From the IMG/VR virus record IMGVR_UViG_3300006153_000005: DNA of 64,000 nucleotides. The stretch is one strand, 5' to 3'. The position numbers and the translations under genes are program-made. Below are positions 18,336 to 28,294 of the stretch, one piece after another (the stretch's first letter is position 1; each line of letters begins with the position of its first letter). The notes beneath the pieces were generated by a model that had not been told where the DNA came from, did not search any database, and worked only from the letters and a program-made list of their open reading frames with translations. This DNA is from a virus (taxonomy: Duplodnaviria; Heunggongvirae; Uroviricota; Caudoviricetes).

Positions 18336-19082
18336 ATGGCAGACGTAAAAATCGAAGACCTGAGCCTTATTCAAAAGTTGGCTGGCATCAGGAAAATGGT
18401 TGAAGTTATCCGCAAAAACAAGAGTGGCTTCAACTACAAGTATGTGTCCGAAGATGAAATTTTGGCCCGTGTGACGGCTGGTATGGATAAGTACCATGTG
18501 CTTCTGTATCCTGGCATCGTGCCACAGACAGCAGAGGTCAGCCCGTACAACTACACGAAGATTAAGAACGCAAAAGACGGCAAGAGGATTGAGGAAAGCG
18601 TCAACGAGGTTTTGGTAAAGGCTGATATGACCTTTACCTGGATCAACTTGGATAATCCCGACGATACATTGGTTGTTCCGTGGGTGATTGTTGGGCAACA
18701 GAGTGATGCAAGCCAAGCGGTTGGCAGCGGCCTCAGTTATCTCCATCGCTACTTCCTTTTGAAGTTCTTCCAGATTGCCACGCCCGATGATGACCCTGAT
18801 AATTGGCGTAGCAAGAAGCTCCAAGTAGCACAGGAAGAGGAGCGTGCATTGGTTACAGCGATGATCGACGAGATTGACGAGTTGGTGTCTGGCTATCTGA
18901 ATGCTATCCAGGATGAAGAAAAGCTGAAAGACGCTCGTACCAAGCTGACTGCTGTGGTCAAAAAATACGTCAAGGACGACAAGGGTAAGGCATCTGGCAA
19001 TTACCGTATCGTTACCAATATGAAGACCGCCACCGAAGTTTTGGAAGCGGTTAAGAAATTTGTGGGAGGCAATGAAGAATGA
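18336..19082 (+). CDS. ERF-family single-strand annealing protein (putative)
   Basis: position upstream of SSB/nuclease; ERF-like core; AAGGAGG SD. Confidence 0.45.
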   Translation: MADVKIEDLSLIQKLAGIRKMVEVIRKNKSGFNYKYVSEDEILARVTAGMDKYHVLLYPGIVPQTAEVSPYNYTKIKNAKDGKRIEESVNEVLVKADMTFTWINLDNPDDTLVVPWVIVGQQSDASQAVGSGLSYLHRYFLLKFFQIATPDDDPDNWRSKKLQVAQEEERALVTAMIDEIDELVSGYLNAIQDEEKLKDARTKLTAVVKKYVKDDKGKASGNYRIVTNMKTATEVLEAVKKFVGGNEE

Positions 19083-19495
19083 ACTGTATCATCATCAAGG
19101 GCCGTTTGACGGCTGATCCTGAGTTGCGCCGCACTCAGTCCGACACTGCTGTTTGTACGGTGAATGTGGCGGTTGACCGACCCTATTCAAAAGACAAAGA
19201 GACTGATTTCTTCTCTGTGGTGTTCTGGCGGCAGACTGCGGAGTTCGTCTCGAAGTATTTTACCAAGGGGCAGGAAATTCTGGTGCAGGGTGAGATGCAG
19301 AGCCGGCACTACACTGACAAGGAAGACAATAAGCGCATCGCCTGGGAGATCAAGGCTGACCGTGTGGAGTTCTGCGGTAGCAAGGGGCAGAATGGTGGAG
19401 ATAACGACGCTTCGGCACCGGCCAAGTCCAGCGGAAAGAAGTCTCCGCCTCCTACTTCTGAAGAAGAGGGCGACGATGGTGAACTTCCGTTCTAA
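19079..19495 (+). CDS. ssb: single-stranded DNA-binding protein
   Basis: OB-fold sequence and acidic tail 'DDGELPF'. Confidence 0.8.
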   Translation: MNCIIIKGRLTADPELRRTQSDTAVCTVNVAVDRPYSKDKETDFFSVVFWRQTAEFVSKYFTKGQEILVQGEMQSRHYTDKEDNKRIAWEIKADRVEFCGSKGQNGGDNDASAPAKSSGKKSPPPTSEEEGDDGELPF

Positions 19496-19505
19496 GGAGT
19501 AGTAA

Positions 19506-20276
19506 ATGCGATACGACCTAATGATTGAGCCTATGGAATGGAGTTATTCACGCCTCACAGCATTTGAAGATTGTCCATATCTATGGCTCCAGCGATATAT
19601 CTACAATATCCAAGGTCAATCGAAATTCTTCGCTCAATACGGAAGCCTGATGCACTCAATTCTTCAACAATATTTGACTGGTGCTTTGAATAAGCAGGAA
19701 CTGGTTCCCTACTACCTGTCTCATTTTACCGAGGATATTACAGATAAAGCACCGTCACACAAAATCTACATGGGCTATCTGGAGCAGGGGCGGCAGTATC
19801 TCAAAACTCTGTCGTTCCCTGACCGCCAGATTATCAAGGTAGAGGATAGAATGCAATTCCAATTTGCGGGCTATCCGTTCATTGGTTTTTTGGATGTGCT
19901 TTCAGAGGACGAAAACGGCAAACTCTACATCACCGATCATAAGTCCAGAGCATTAAAGCCAAGATCGAACCGAACCAAACCAACACTCTCTGATCTGGAA
20001 CTTGATAAATACCAACGTCAGCTTTATATCTACGCTGCCGCTGTGAGTCAGCTGTATGATCGTTACCCAGATTATATTGAGTTCAACTGCTTTCGCACAG
20101 GGACATGGATCTGTGAGCCGTTCCGATATGAGCGTCTGATGGAAGTTGAAGTATGGGCAAAACGGCTCATCGAAAAGATTACAGTGACCAACGATTGGTA
20201 TGCAAACCTTGATTTCTGGTTTTGCAAGCATTTATGCGATGTGGCACCAGAATGTGAGTACGAAGAATTTCTATGA
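19506..20276 (+). CDS. PD-(D/E)XK nuclease (Cas4/RecB-like exonuclease with C-terminal Cys cluster)
   Basis: 'ITDHKS' motif, terminal 'CKHLCDVAPECEYE'. Confidence 0.5.
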   Translation: MRYDLMIEPMEWSYSRLTAFEDCPYLWLQRYIYNIQGQSKFFAQYGSLMHSILQQYLTGALNKQELVPYYLSHFTEDITDKAPSHKIYMGYLEQGRQYLKTLSFPDRQIIKVEDRMQFQFAGYPFIGFLDVLSEDENGKLYITDHKSRALKPRSNRTKPTLSDLELDKYQRQLYIYAAAVSQLYDRYPDYIEFNCFRTGTWICEPFRYERLMEVEVWAKRLIEKITVTNDWYANLDFWFCKHLCDVAPECEYEEFL

Positions 20277-20539
20277 TGAAAGTCTGGTTTTATTCGGAAA
20301 AAAGGCGGCGAAGGATGAAAGAAAAATTATTTGAACTGCTGGAAGAAATCAACCAAAACTGTGATACAGAGTGTGAACAGAAAATTAAAGATTTTCTACA
20401 CACTCTTGGTGCAGAACAGATTGAAGTGTCTGTTGACGAAATGTTTGACAGTTGTGGGTTGGATGTTTATTCCGTTTCCGTTGCCTGGATAGAGGGCGGA
20501 AAAATCCAGCTTGCAGTTGGAAGCATTGAAATGTGCTGA
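20273..20539 (+). CDS. hypothetical protein
   Basis: ORF. Confidence 0.35.
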   Translation: MMKVWFYSEKRRRRMKEKLFELLEEINQNCDTECEQKIKDFLHTLGAEQIEVSVDEMFDSCGLDVYSVSVAWIEGGKIQLAVGSIEMC

Positions 20540-20580
20540 AAACTATCGTATGCAACTGTGACAATAATAGGGAGGATAAT

Positions 20581-21384
20581 ATGAATTTTTTCATTACACA
20601 AGAGGAACTTGCCCAGCGTAAGCATATCAACTTCACCGTGGACATGGATGCTTCTGGTCTGCTTATTTCCAGTTGCCTATCAGATATTGCAGTCGCTTCT
20701 ACAATTCAAAAACCCAGTGTAGAGCTTTTGACCGATCTGAACCATCTCTCTTGGCTGGAATTGAACAGCATCGGTCAAAGTGGGCTTGCTCGCCAGCAGA
20801 TTGCTCTTGGAGCTGTCAAGACGGATCACATGAAGAACGGCTTTAATGCTGAGTATCGGATTATCGGGTTTGACCATGACGATTTGGCAGACAACTCCGG
20901 TAAGGCTCCTTTCACATGGCAGATGGTTCGTGTGTATAAGGACGAGCGTTCCATGAATGACAGTGGCACCAATAGAGGTGGCTGGGACGCGAGCGATATG
21001 CGGAGATGGCTCAATACAGAGTTTTTGGAGCTTTGCTCTGATGAATTACAGTCGGTTATTCGTCCAGTAGTCAAACTCACTTCTGCTGGTGGTGAGAGCA
21101 AAGAAATCGTCAAGAGTATTGATCGAATCTTTATCCTCAGTGAAAAGGAAGTGTTTGGGCGAGTTATTTACTCAGCTCCTGGTGAGGGGCATTGGTATGA
21201 ATACTTCCGACTGGAGGATGTACCGTATTTTGCTCTGAATGAAGACGACACTGCTGTGTGGTGGTGGTTGCGTTCCCCCTTTTACGGCAACACCAGCTGT
21301 TTCTGTTATGTGTACAGCAACGGCGGCATCTACTCCAACTTTGCTTCCTGGTCGGCGGGCGTGCGCCCCGGCTTTAGTTTCTAA
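20581..21384 (+). CDS. remote DGR target protein 2 (VR2 at C-terminus); shares ~150-aa C-terminal domain with tail-fibre-like target 62419-64000
   Basis: C-terminal 'AVWWWLRSP...ASWSAGVRPGF' identical scaffold to TR/VR1; AGGGAGG SD before ATG 20581. Confidence 0.7.
   Translation: MNFFITQEELAQRKHINFTVDMDASGLLISSCLSDIAVASTIQKPSVELLTDLNHLSWLELNSIGQSGLARQQIALGAVKTDHMKNGFNAEYRIIGFDHDDLADNSGKAPFTWQMVRVYKDERSMNDSGTNRGGWDASDMRRWLNTEFLELCSDELQSVIRPVVKLTSAGGESKEIVKSIDRIFILSEKEVFGRVIYSAPGEGHWYEYFRLEDVPYFALNEDDTAVWWWLRSPFYGNTSCFCYVYSNGGIYSNFASWSAGVRPGFSF
21248..21371 (+). repeat. DGR variable repeat VR2
   Basis: 124-nt match to TR; 17 substitutions all at TR adenines, plus one T-to-C near 3' GC box. 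Confidence 0.8.
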
Positions 21385-21398
21385 TCTTGAATCATGGT

Positions 21399-21420
21399 AA
21401 AGTCAAGCCCACGGAAGTGG
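21399..21420 (+). other. hairpin AAGCCCAC-ggaa-GTGGGCTT ~28 nt downstream of VR2
   Basis: shares GCCCAC-N4-GTGGGC core with hairpin after VR1. Confidence 0.45.
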
Positions 21421-21443
21421 GCTGACTTTCCAGACGGATCGAG

Positions 21444-23417
21444 GTGATTTTATCTGTGCAAATCGACCGTGATGCAATTATGCAGGCCAAGGAAAAACTC
21501 GGTGATGATAACGCTCGAATTATCATAGAAGAGCTTGGCATTGTTGACTATGACGAGCGTGATATGAAGTGCTGCTGCCCGTTTCACCAAGAGGATCACG
21601 CCAGTTTCATTTATAACAAAAAAGCATTCAATTTTAGATGCTTTGGGGCGTGTTCTCGTAGTTATGACATTCTCGATGTGCTGATGTATAAAGGAATGAC
21701 ATATGCCCAGGCGTGCCGCAAACTTTTCGATCTGGCCGGTATGCCATATTCTTTCGGTGAACTTGGAGTAAAGACACGGCGGCAGTATCAATACCCCAAA
21801 GAGGTTATATGCGATGATAAATCTCGTGTGTACGAATACTTCCAAAAGCGTAAGATTAGCCCACAGACGATAGACTATGCCGATGTGCGCCAGGACAGTG
21901 AGGGGAACACCGTTTTCAATTACTACGACACCAACGATGTGTTGACAATGGTGAAATATCGCCCGTCCAGAAAAGTCAAAAAAGGCGAGAACAAATGCTG
22001 GTGTCAAAAAGGTGCAGACACAACCCCACTTCTGTTTAATATGAATCGTATCAATACAACCGTCCCTTTGTTGATCTGCGAAGGTGAGCCAGATTGTCTA
22101 TCTGCAATCGAGTCTGGTTTTACAAATGCCGTATCCGTTCCTCTTGGAAGCACAAATTTCCATTGGATTGAAGAAAACTGGGACTTTCTTGAACAATTCG
22201 ATTCCATTATTATCTGTTCTGATAATGATGAGGCTGGCCTTAAAATGCAGAAAGAGTGTATTTACCGTTTAGGCAGCTGGCGGACAAAGGTGGTTGAAGT
22301 CCCACAATTTTATGTGGATGAAGCCGCAAATACCAAATACTCCGTAAACGATCTCAACGAAGTCCTCTATTATTACGGGAAAGAAAAGGTTATGGAAATT
22401 ATTCTGGATGCCAAAGACTCACCTGTTCCTGGTGTGGTTGACTTCTCTGATATTGAGGATATTGACCTTGACGCTCTTGACGGCATTCCGACAGGGCTTC
22501 CTAACCTTGACCGATATCTAATGAAGCTGTTTTACGGAACACTAAACATTGTGACAGGTATCAATGGTAGTGGTAAGTCATCATTTTTGAACCAAGTGAT
22601 TTGTCAGTGCCTGGATCGAGATGAAAATGCCTATCTGTTCTCTGGTGAGTTGCCAAATTTCCAGGCAAAAAACTGGTTGAACTTCATCTTTGCGGGGCAG
22701 AGAAATGTAAAGGAATGTCAGTACAACGATTCTATCTTCTATAAGGTGACGCCGGAAGCAAAAAGAGCGATTAGCGAGTTTTACCGAGGGCGACTCTATA
22801 TTCGGCAGGACGGAGAATCCAATAAGTCAGCAGACCTTTTGAAGTCTATGGAGGACTCGGTAAGGAAGTATGGGACGAAGCTGTTGATTCTTGACAACCT
22901 GACAGCTATTAACTTGGAGAGCAACGATAACAATAAATACGATAAACAGGCTGATTTTATTATGGATCTGATTGCTTTTGCTGTGAAGTTCAATGTCGTT
23001 GTAATCTTGGTAGTACATCCACACAAAATTGACATGATGCGTCGGTTGAGTAAGATGGATGTGCAGGGCATTTCGGCCATTATTGATCTTGCTCATCGTA
23101 TTATCAGCCTCTACCGTGTGCAAGAGTCTGACCGGCAAGGTATCCCAAAGCTCAATGGAAGTGGATGGAAAGTTAAGCCAATTAAAGCGGATGTTATCTT
23201 CGACATCTTGAAAGACCGATTGACTGGCTATGAAAGCCGTAGCATTGAAACATTTTATGATCGCCCGTCCAGACGGTTTTTCACAACCGAGGCTGAACTG
23301 GATTATCAATACGCTTGGGACAAGAGGCGATACACAACTCCGCTTCCATTCCCACCTCAGCAGCTGGTAGAGGATGACAGCGAAGATGAGGTATTCGGAA
23401 GAACAAGCGATCAATAA
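21444..23417 (+). CDS. bifunctional DNA primase/helicase
   Basis: CHC2 zinc finger 'CCCPFHQEDHASF', Toprim region, Walker A 'GINGSGKSS'. Confidence 0.7.
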   Translation: MILSVQIDRDAIMQAKEKLGDDNARIIIEELGIVDYDERDMKCCCPFHQEDHASFIYNKKAFNFRCFGACSRSYDILDVLMYKGMTYAQACRKLFDLAGMPYSFGELGVKTRRQYQYPKEVICDDKSRVYEYFQKRKISPQTIDYADVRQDSEGNTVFNYYDTNDVLTMVKYRPSRKVKKGENKCWCQKGADTTPLLFNMNRINTTVPLLICEGEPDCLSAIESGFTNAVSVPLGSTNFHWIEENWDFLEQFDSIIICSDNDEAGLKMQKECIYRLGSWRTKVVEVPQFYVDEAANTKYSVNDLNEVLYYYGKEKVMEIILDAKDSPVPGVVDFSDIEDIDLDALDGIPTGLPNLDRYLMKLFYGTLNIVTGINGSGKSSFLNQVICQCLDRDENAYLFSGELPNFQAKNWLNFIFAGQRNVKECQYNDSIFYKVTPEAKRAISEFYRGRLYIRQDGESNKSADLLKSMEDSVRKYGTKLLILDNLTAINLESNDNNKYDKQADFIMDLIAFAVKFNVVVILVVHPHKIDMMRRLSKMDVQGISAIIDLAHRIISLYRVQESDRQGIPKLNGSGWKVKPIKADVIFDILKDRLTGYESRSIETFYDRPSRRFFTTEAELDYQYAWDKRRYTTPLPFPPQQLVEDDSEDEVFGRTSDQ

Positions 23418-23519
23418 TCAGCACGAAACCATGTACCGAAAAGGCAAAATCATAAATCAAACAGTATTGTGAGTTTTGTTGACGATACAAATATGGTTCG
23501 TGAAATAGGAGAAGTCAAT

Positions 23520-26500
23520 ATGAGTGATAAAAACTATACCGTATATCATCTGCATACCGAACTGTCTCTGCTTGACAGCGCAACCAAATTCTCAGACTAT
23601 ATTGCTCGTGCTGTCGAACTTGGGCAATCTGCGATTGCTTTTACTGAGCATGGAAACATCTATCAGTGGATCGAAAAAAAGATGGCTTGTGATAAAGCTG
23701 GTCTAAAATATCTTCACGGTTGTGAAGTTTATTTAACAGAAGCCCTCTTAGTTCCACCTGATAAAAAAGAGATACAGCGGCAAGTAATGGAAGAGGCCGC
23801 TCAGAGAGATCGTGAACAAAAAGCTCTTGCTGAACGCCTACTTGCCGAAATGGAAAGAGCAAACTATCAAGAAGAACCAGATTTAGGCTCGATTACGCAA
23901 GACGATGCACAATGCGAACCAGATGATTATGCGGAACGGCGATTTACAGAATTGATGGAAGCTGGGATGCACAAGGTACGTGACAACTACCATACAATCC
24001 TAATTGCTAAGAATTATGCGGGCCTTCAGGAAATGAACGAGTTGATTAGTCGGTCTACTCGTGACGATCACTTTTACTATAAACCCAGGATTTCATTTGA
24101 CGAATTTCTTGGTCTTTCAGATAACGTCATCAAAATAAGTGCTTGTCTCGCCTCTCCACTCAATAAAATGAGTATTCGGCATCCGATGTATGAACGCATT
24201 TTGAAGCACTATGACTATCTGGAAATCCAGCCGCACGATCATCCAGAGCAAATTGCGTACAACCGTCATCTGGTAGATATGTCTCAGCGTTACCGTATTC
24301 CGCTGATTGCTGGTACTGATACACATAGTCTCAACAAATACAAAGCAGAGTGTAGGAGTATCATGCAACTGTCAAAGCATATTGAATTTGCTGACGAAGA
24401 CAGTTTTGATCTTACCTACAAGTCATACGAAGAATTGGTAGCGATGTTCGCTAAGCAAAATGCTATCCCAGAAATCATCTATCTTGAGGCAATCGAAAAT
24501 ACCAATCGTATGGCGGCATCTGTTGAGTCCTTTGAGTTGGACACATCTTTCAAGTATCCGCCACTTTATGGTGATCGTGACAGAGAGGTGTTGCATAAGG
24601 TACTGGATAACAACTTGCAATCGAAAATTGCAGATGGTGCTATTACACCTGAACAGGTAGAACCGTTCAAAGAGGCGATTGCCGAAGAATGCCGCGTATT
24701 CGATAAAATTGATATGTCCGGCTTCATGTTGTTCATGTCTGAGTTGGTAACATGGTGTAAAGAGAACGGCATCCCGATTGGTTTTAACCGCGGCTCCTGT
24801 GGCGGCTCCCGCGTGGCCTATGTGTCCAATACGACAGATCTTAACCCAGAGACATGGCACACTGGTTTCTCCCGTTTTTGCAATGAGGACAGAAAAGAAA
24901 TCGGAGACATTGATATTGATGTTTCCCCTTCTCAACGTGATTTAGTCTACGACTACATTATCAACCGTTTTGGGCAGGAGCGCACCGCATTTATTCTTGC
25001 TATCGGCACAATCAAGTCCAAAGGCTGTATTGACGAGATTTGTCGTGCATTAGGTGTAAAGTGGAATAAAGAACACCAGCACGATGAAAAAGGGTTCCGA
25101 AAAGCATTAGAAATGTTGAAAAATGAAAACATCACCATCAGATTTGGTGATGCACGGGACGGTTTCTCTGCATACTGTTTTGATGAGGCTGGGAATCTGA
25201 TGTTGCCCAGTCGTATGAAAGATGTTCCACGTGCAGAACTTGTCAAACAGTTTACCAAAGAGTACAGTAAATTGAAAGAAGAAAACGAAAAGATTTTTGC
25301 TAAAAACCCGTGGGTTGGCAAAATCAGCGCAACGATCAAAAAAGAGTTCGAGGCAGACGAGGATGCGGCACGGAAGAAATACCCAGATGTTTTCTACTAC
25401 TATGATGGCTTGCTTGATGTGGCAATCTCCCAGTCAATGCACCCAGCCGGCATTGTGGCAAGTCCAATCACTCTGCGAGATAATTATGGCACCTTTATTT
25501 CTGACGGCAAAGAGATCTTGCAGATTGATATGGAGTGCGTGCATGATGTTAGTTTGGTCAAGTATGACATTCTTGGACTGAAGAACATTGAGATTGTCAA
25601 AGACGCTTATGAGCTAATGGGGAAGCCGTATCCAAAGTCCCATGAAATTAACTGGAATGACGAAGCAGTATGGAAAGATATGCTCCGCTCTCCGGTTGGA
25701 ATCTTTCAGTTTGAGGGTGACTTCGCTTTCCAAATGCTCAAACAATACGAACCACACAGTATTTTTGACATGAGTTTAATTACGGCAGCACTTCGTCCGT
25801 CTGGTGCGTCCTATCGTGATGATCTCATGCAGCATAAGCCGCACAAGAACCCATCTGCTCTTATTGATGAGCTGTTGAAAGATAATAACGGATACCTAAT
25901 TTACCAAGAGGACGTTATCAAATTTTTACAGCAAATTTGTGGTTTCTCTGGTTCTGATGCCGACAATACACGGCGCACCATCGCCCGTAAGAAGCCAGAG
26001 GACTTGGAGAAAATTTTACCTGACATCCTAAATGGGTATTGTGAAAAGTCACCACAGCCCAGAGAAATCGCAGAACAGGAAGCAAAAGAATTTTTGCAGA
26101 TCATAAGCGATGCTTCCAGCTATATGTTTGGCTATAACCATTCAGTTGGATATTGCATGATTGGTTATCTTTGCGCTTACCTACGGTACTATCACCCATA
26201 CGAATTTATCACCGCATACCTCAACAATGCCAATGGTGAGGAAGATGTGAAGAATGGTAATGAACTTGCGACACTCTATGGCATCAAGATCGTGCCTCCT
26301 CGTTTCGGATTTTCAAAGGATAAGTACCTGCTTAACAAGGAGGAAAAGGTAATTGCTAAGGGAATCAGCTCTGTCAAATATATGAACGCCGATGTTGCAA
26401 ACGAGCTGTATGAACTGGCTGAGGCTGGTAAGCCAAAATCGTTTATGGAATTGCTTCAGCTTATGAATGAGCGGACGCACCTGGACACACGCCAAAGAGA

Positions 26501-27080
26501 TATACTTGTCAAAATTGACTATTTCATTGAGTACGGCAACGCAAAAGAGTTACTTCGCATGGTAGAAATGTTCTCTTTCTTCAAGAACGGAACCATGAAG
26601 AAAATATCCAAAGAAAAGTTGACTCCACAAGTTGAAGCAATCGTGTCACAGTACGCTACCAACATTGCCAAAAATGGTGCAACAGCTAAAAGTTACACAT
26701 TTACGGATATGCCAGGACTTCTTCGGCATATGGAGCAAGTAGTCAGAGATATGCACATCCAAGATTTTGACTTGAAAAGCAAAATGCAGGATCAACTTGA
26801 AAATTTGGGTTACATTGATTTGACAACCGACAAGAAAGAAGATCGGCGCAAACTTGTTATTATGGATGTTTTTCCACTAAAGAGTAAAGCAAACAAGGAA
26901 GTTTGGGGGTATGCTCTTCAGACCAGATCTATTGGCAGCGGAAAGACTTCCAGACTGACAGTTCGCAGTCGGATCTTTGACAAAAAGCCACTTAAACGCT
27001 TCGATGTAATTTATGCCTCTGATGTGAGACAGGAGCGCACTGGCTACTGGTATTTGATTGGTTATGACTACGTGGTGTAG
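23520..27080 (+). CDS. dnaE: DNA polymerase III alpha subunit (DnaE-type, PHP domain)
   Basis: PHP 'YHLHTELSLLDS', 1187 aa. Confidence 0.75.
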   Translation: MSDKNYTVYHLHTELSLLDSATKFSDYIARAVELGQSAIAFTEHGNIYQWIEKKMACDKAGLKYLHGCEVYLTEALLVPPDKKEIQRQVMEEAAQRDREQKALAERLLAEMERANYQEEPDLGSITQDDAQCEPDDYAERRFTELMEAGMHKVRDNYHTILIAKNYAGLQEMNELISRSTRDDHFYYKPRISFDEFLGLSDNVIKISACLASPLNKMSIRHPMYERILKHYDYLEIQPHDHPEQIAYNRHLVDMSQRYRIPLIAGTDTHSLNKYKAECRSIMQLSKHIEFADEDSFDLTYKSYEELVAMFAKQNAIPEIIYLEAIENTNRMAASVESFELDTSFKYPPLYGDRDREVLHKVLDNNLQSKIADGAITPEQVEPFKEAIAEECRVFDKIDMSGFMLFMSELVTWCKENGIPIGFNRGSCGGSRVAYVSNTTDLNPETWHTGFSRFCNEDRKEIGDIDIDVSPSQRDLVYDYIINRFGQERTAFILAIGTIKSKGCIDEICRALGVKWNKEHQHDEKGFRKALEMLKNENITIRFGDARDGFSAYCFDEAGNLMLPSRMKDVPRAELVKQFTKEYSKLKEENEKIFAKNPWVGKISATIKKEFEADEDAARKKYPDVFYYYDGLLDVAISQSMHPAGIVASPITLRDNYGTFISDGKEILQIDMECVHDVSLVKYDILGLKNIEIVKDAYELMGKPYPKSHEINWNDEAVWKDMLRSPVGIFQFEGDFAFQMLKQYEPHSIFDMSLITAALRPSGASYRDDLMQHKPHKNPSALIDELLKDNNGYLIYQEDVIKFLQQICGFSGSDADNTRRTIARKKPEDLEKILPDILNGYCEKSPQPREIAEQEAKEFLQIISDASSYMFGYNHSVGYCMIGYLCAYLRYYHPYEFITAYLNNANGEEDVKNGNELATLYGIKIVPPRFGFSKDKYLLNKEEKVIAKGISSVKYMNADVANELYELAEAGKPKSFMELLQLMNERTHLDTRQRDILVKIDYFIEYGNAKELLRMVEMFSFFKNGTMKKISKEKLTPQVEAIVSQYATNIAKNGATAKSYTFTDMPGLLRHMEQVVRDMHIQDFDLKSKMQDQLENLGYIDLTTDKKEDRRKLVIMDVFPLKSKANKEVWGYALQTRSIGSGKTSRLTVRSRIFDKKPLKRFDVIYASDVRQERTGYWYLIGYDYVV

Positions 27081-27125
27081 TCTAACTTTTCATAAAACAA
27101 CGAATAAAATCAAGGAGGAGCATCA

Positions 27126-27755
27126 ATGAAGATTATCAAAGCGGGGTTTCATGTACTTTCACAAGTTAATGGTACGGAAATCTTGAAATCAATCGAGGAA
27201 GCTGGACGGGTCTGTTACAAGTCTGAGGACAAGATCACAGACGGGAGTGCAGAGAAATTTGTTGCCAATATCATCAAGCGTGGGCATGAAGCTGTTTTGG
27301 AACACGAGAAAATCACAGTGAAGTTTATTGTGGATCGCGGCGTTAGCCATGAGATTGTTCGACACCGCATCGCGGCGTACTGCCAAGAGAGCACACGCTA
27401 TTGTAACTACTCCATGGGTAAGTTTGGCGAGGAGATCGCTGTAATCGAGCCGTGCTTCTGGGATGAAAATTCGGAGGAGTACCAGTTGTGGTTCAAATGT
27501 ATGAAGTATTCGGAAGAAATGTATCTGCAACTTATTCATGCAGGAGCAAAACCGCAGGAAGCTCGCTCTGTTCTCCCTAACAGCCTCAAAACTGAGGTAG
27601 TTATGACGGCCAACCTTCGTGAGTGGCGGCACTTCTTTAAGCTCAGAACTTCACCGGCGGCTCACCCCCAGATGCGTGAGGTTGCGATCCCACTTCTCAA
27701 AGAGTTCCAAATGCTGATTCCTGTGGTCTTTGACGACATTGAGGTGATCGTATGA
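27126..27755 (+). CDS. thyX: FAD-dependent thymidylate synthase
   Basis: ThyX signature 'RHRIAAYCQESTRY'. Confidence 0.8.
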   Translation: MKIIKAGFHVLSQVNGTEILKSIEEAGRVCYKSEDKITDGSAEKFVANIIKRGHEAVLEHEKITVKFIVDRGVSHEIVRHRIAAYCQESTRYCNYSMGKFGEEIAVIEPCFWDENSEEYQLWFKCMKYSEEMYLQLIHAGAKPQEARSVLPNSLKTEVVMTANLREWRHFFKLRTSPAAHPQMREVAIPLLKEFQMLIPVVFDDIEVIV

Positions 27756-28294
27756 AAGTGATCTGCATTTCTGGTAAAGCACAAAATGGCAAAGACACCA
27801 CAGCAAAGATTCTGGAAGAGCAGCTGACAGCCGACGGCAATAAAGTTCTGATTGCGCATTTTGGCGATTTGGTCAAGTACGTTTGCAAGACTTTCTTTGG
27901 CTGGGACGGCAAGAAAGATGAAAGGGGACGGACGATTCTTCAGTATGTTGGAACCGACAAGATTCGCGCTAAGTCTCCTGATTACTGGGTCAACTTTATT
28001 GTCAGCATCCTGGACATCTTCTGTGACACATGGGACTATGTACTTTTGCCAGACTGCCGTTTTCCAAACGAGTATGAAATTTTTGAACACCATAACATGG
28101 ATGCTATTCTGCTGCGGGTGATTCGTCCTAACTTTACTTCTCCCCTAACGGCAGAACAACAGAAACATCCGTCTGAAACCGCACTGGATGACTACCCATA
28201 CGACGCCACTATTATCAATGGTGGTACTCTGGAAGACCTTAAAGATGCTGTTGAGAAATTTGTGAGCACTACTATCAAAGGAGAAAACACATGA
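27752..28294 (+). CDS. deoxynucleoside monophosphate kinase (P-loop)
   Basis: 'ISGKAQNGKDT'. Confidence 0.5.
   Translation: MKVICISGKAQNGKDTTAKILEEQLTADGNKVLIAHFGDLVKYVCKTFFGWDGKKDERGRTILQYVGTDKIRAKSPDYWVNFIVSILDIFCDTWDYVLLPDCRFPNEYEIFEHHNMDAILLRVIRPNFTSPLTAEQQKHPSETALDDYPYDATIINGGTLEDLKDAVEKFVSTTIKGENT

Noticed and set aside
24423-24935. 170-aa ORF antisense inside the DNA polymerase gene (and similar antisense ORFs inside nrdD, primase, integrase)
   Set aside because: Embedded antisense in strongly supported long genes, with no SD or motif support; typical spurious six-frame ORFs.
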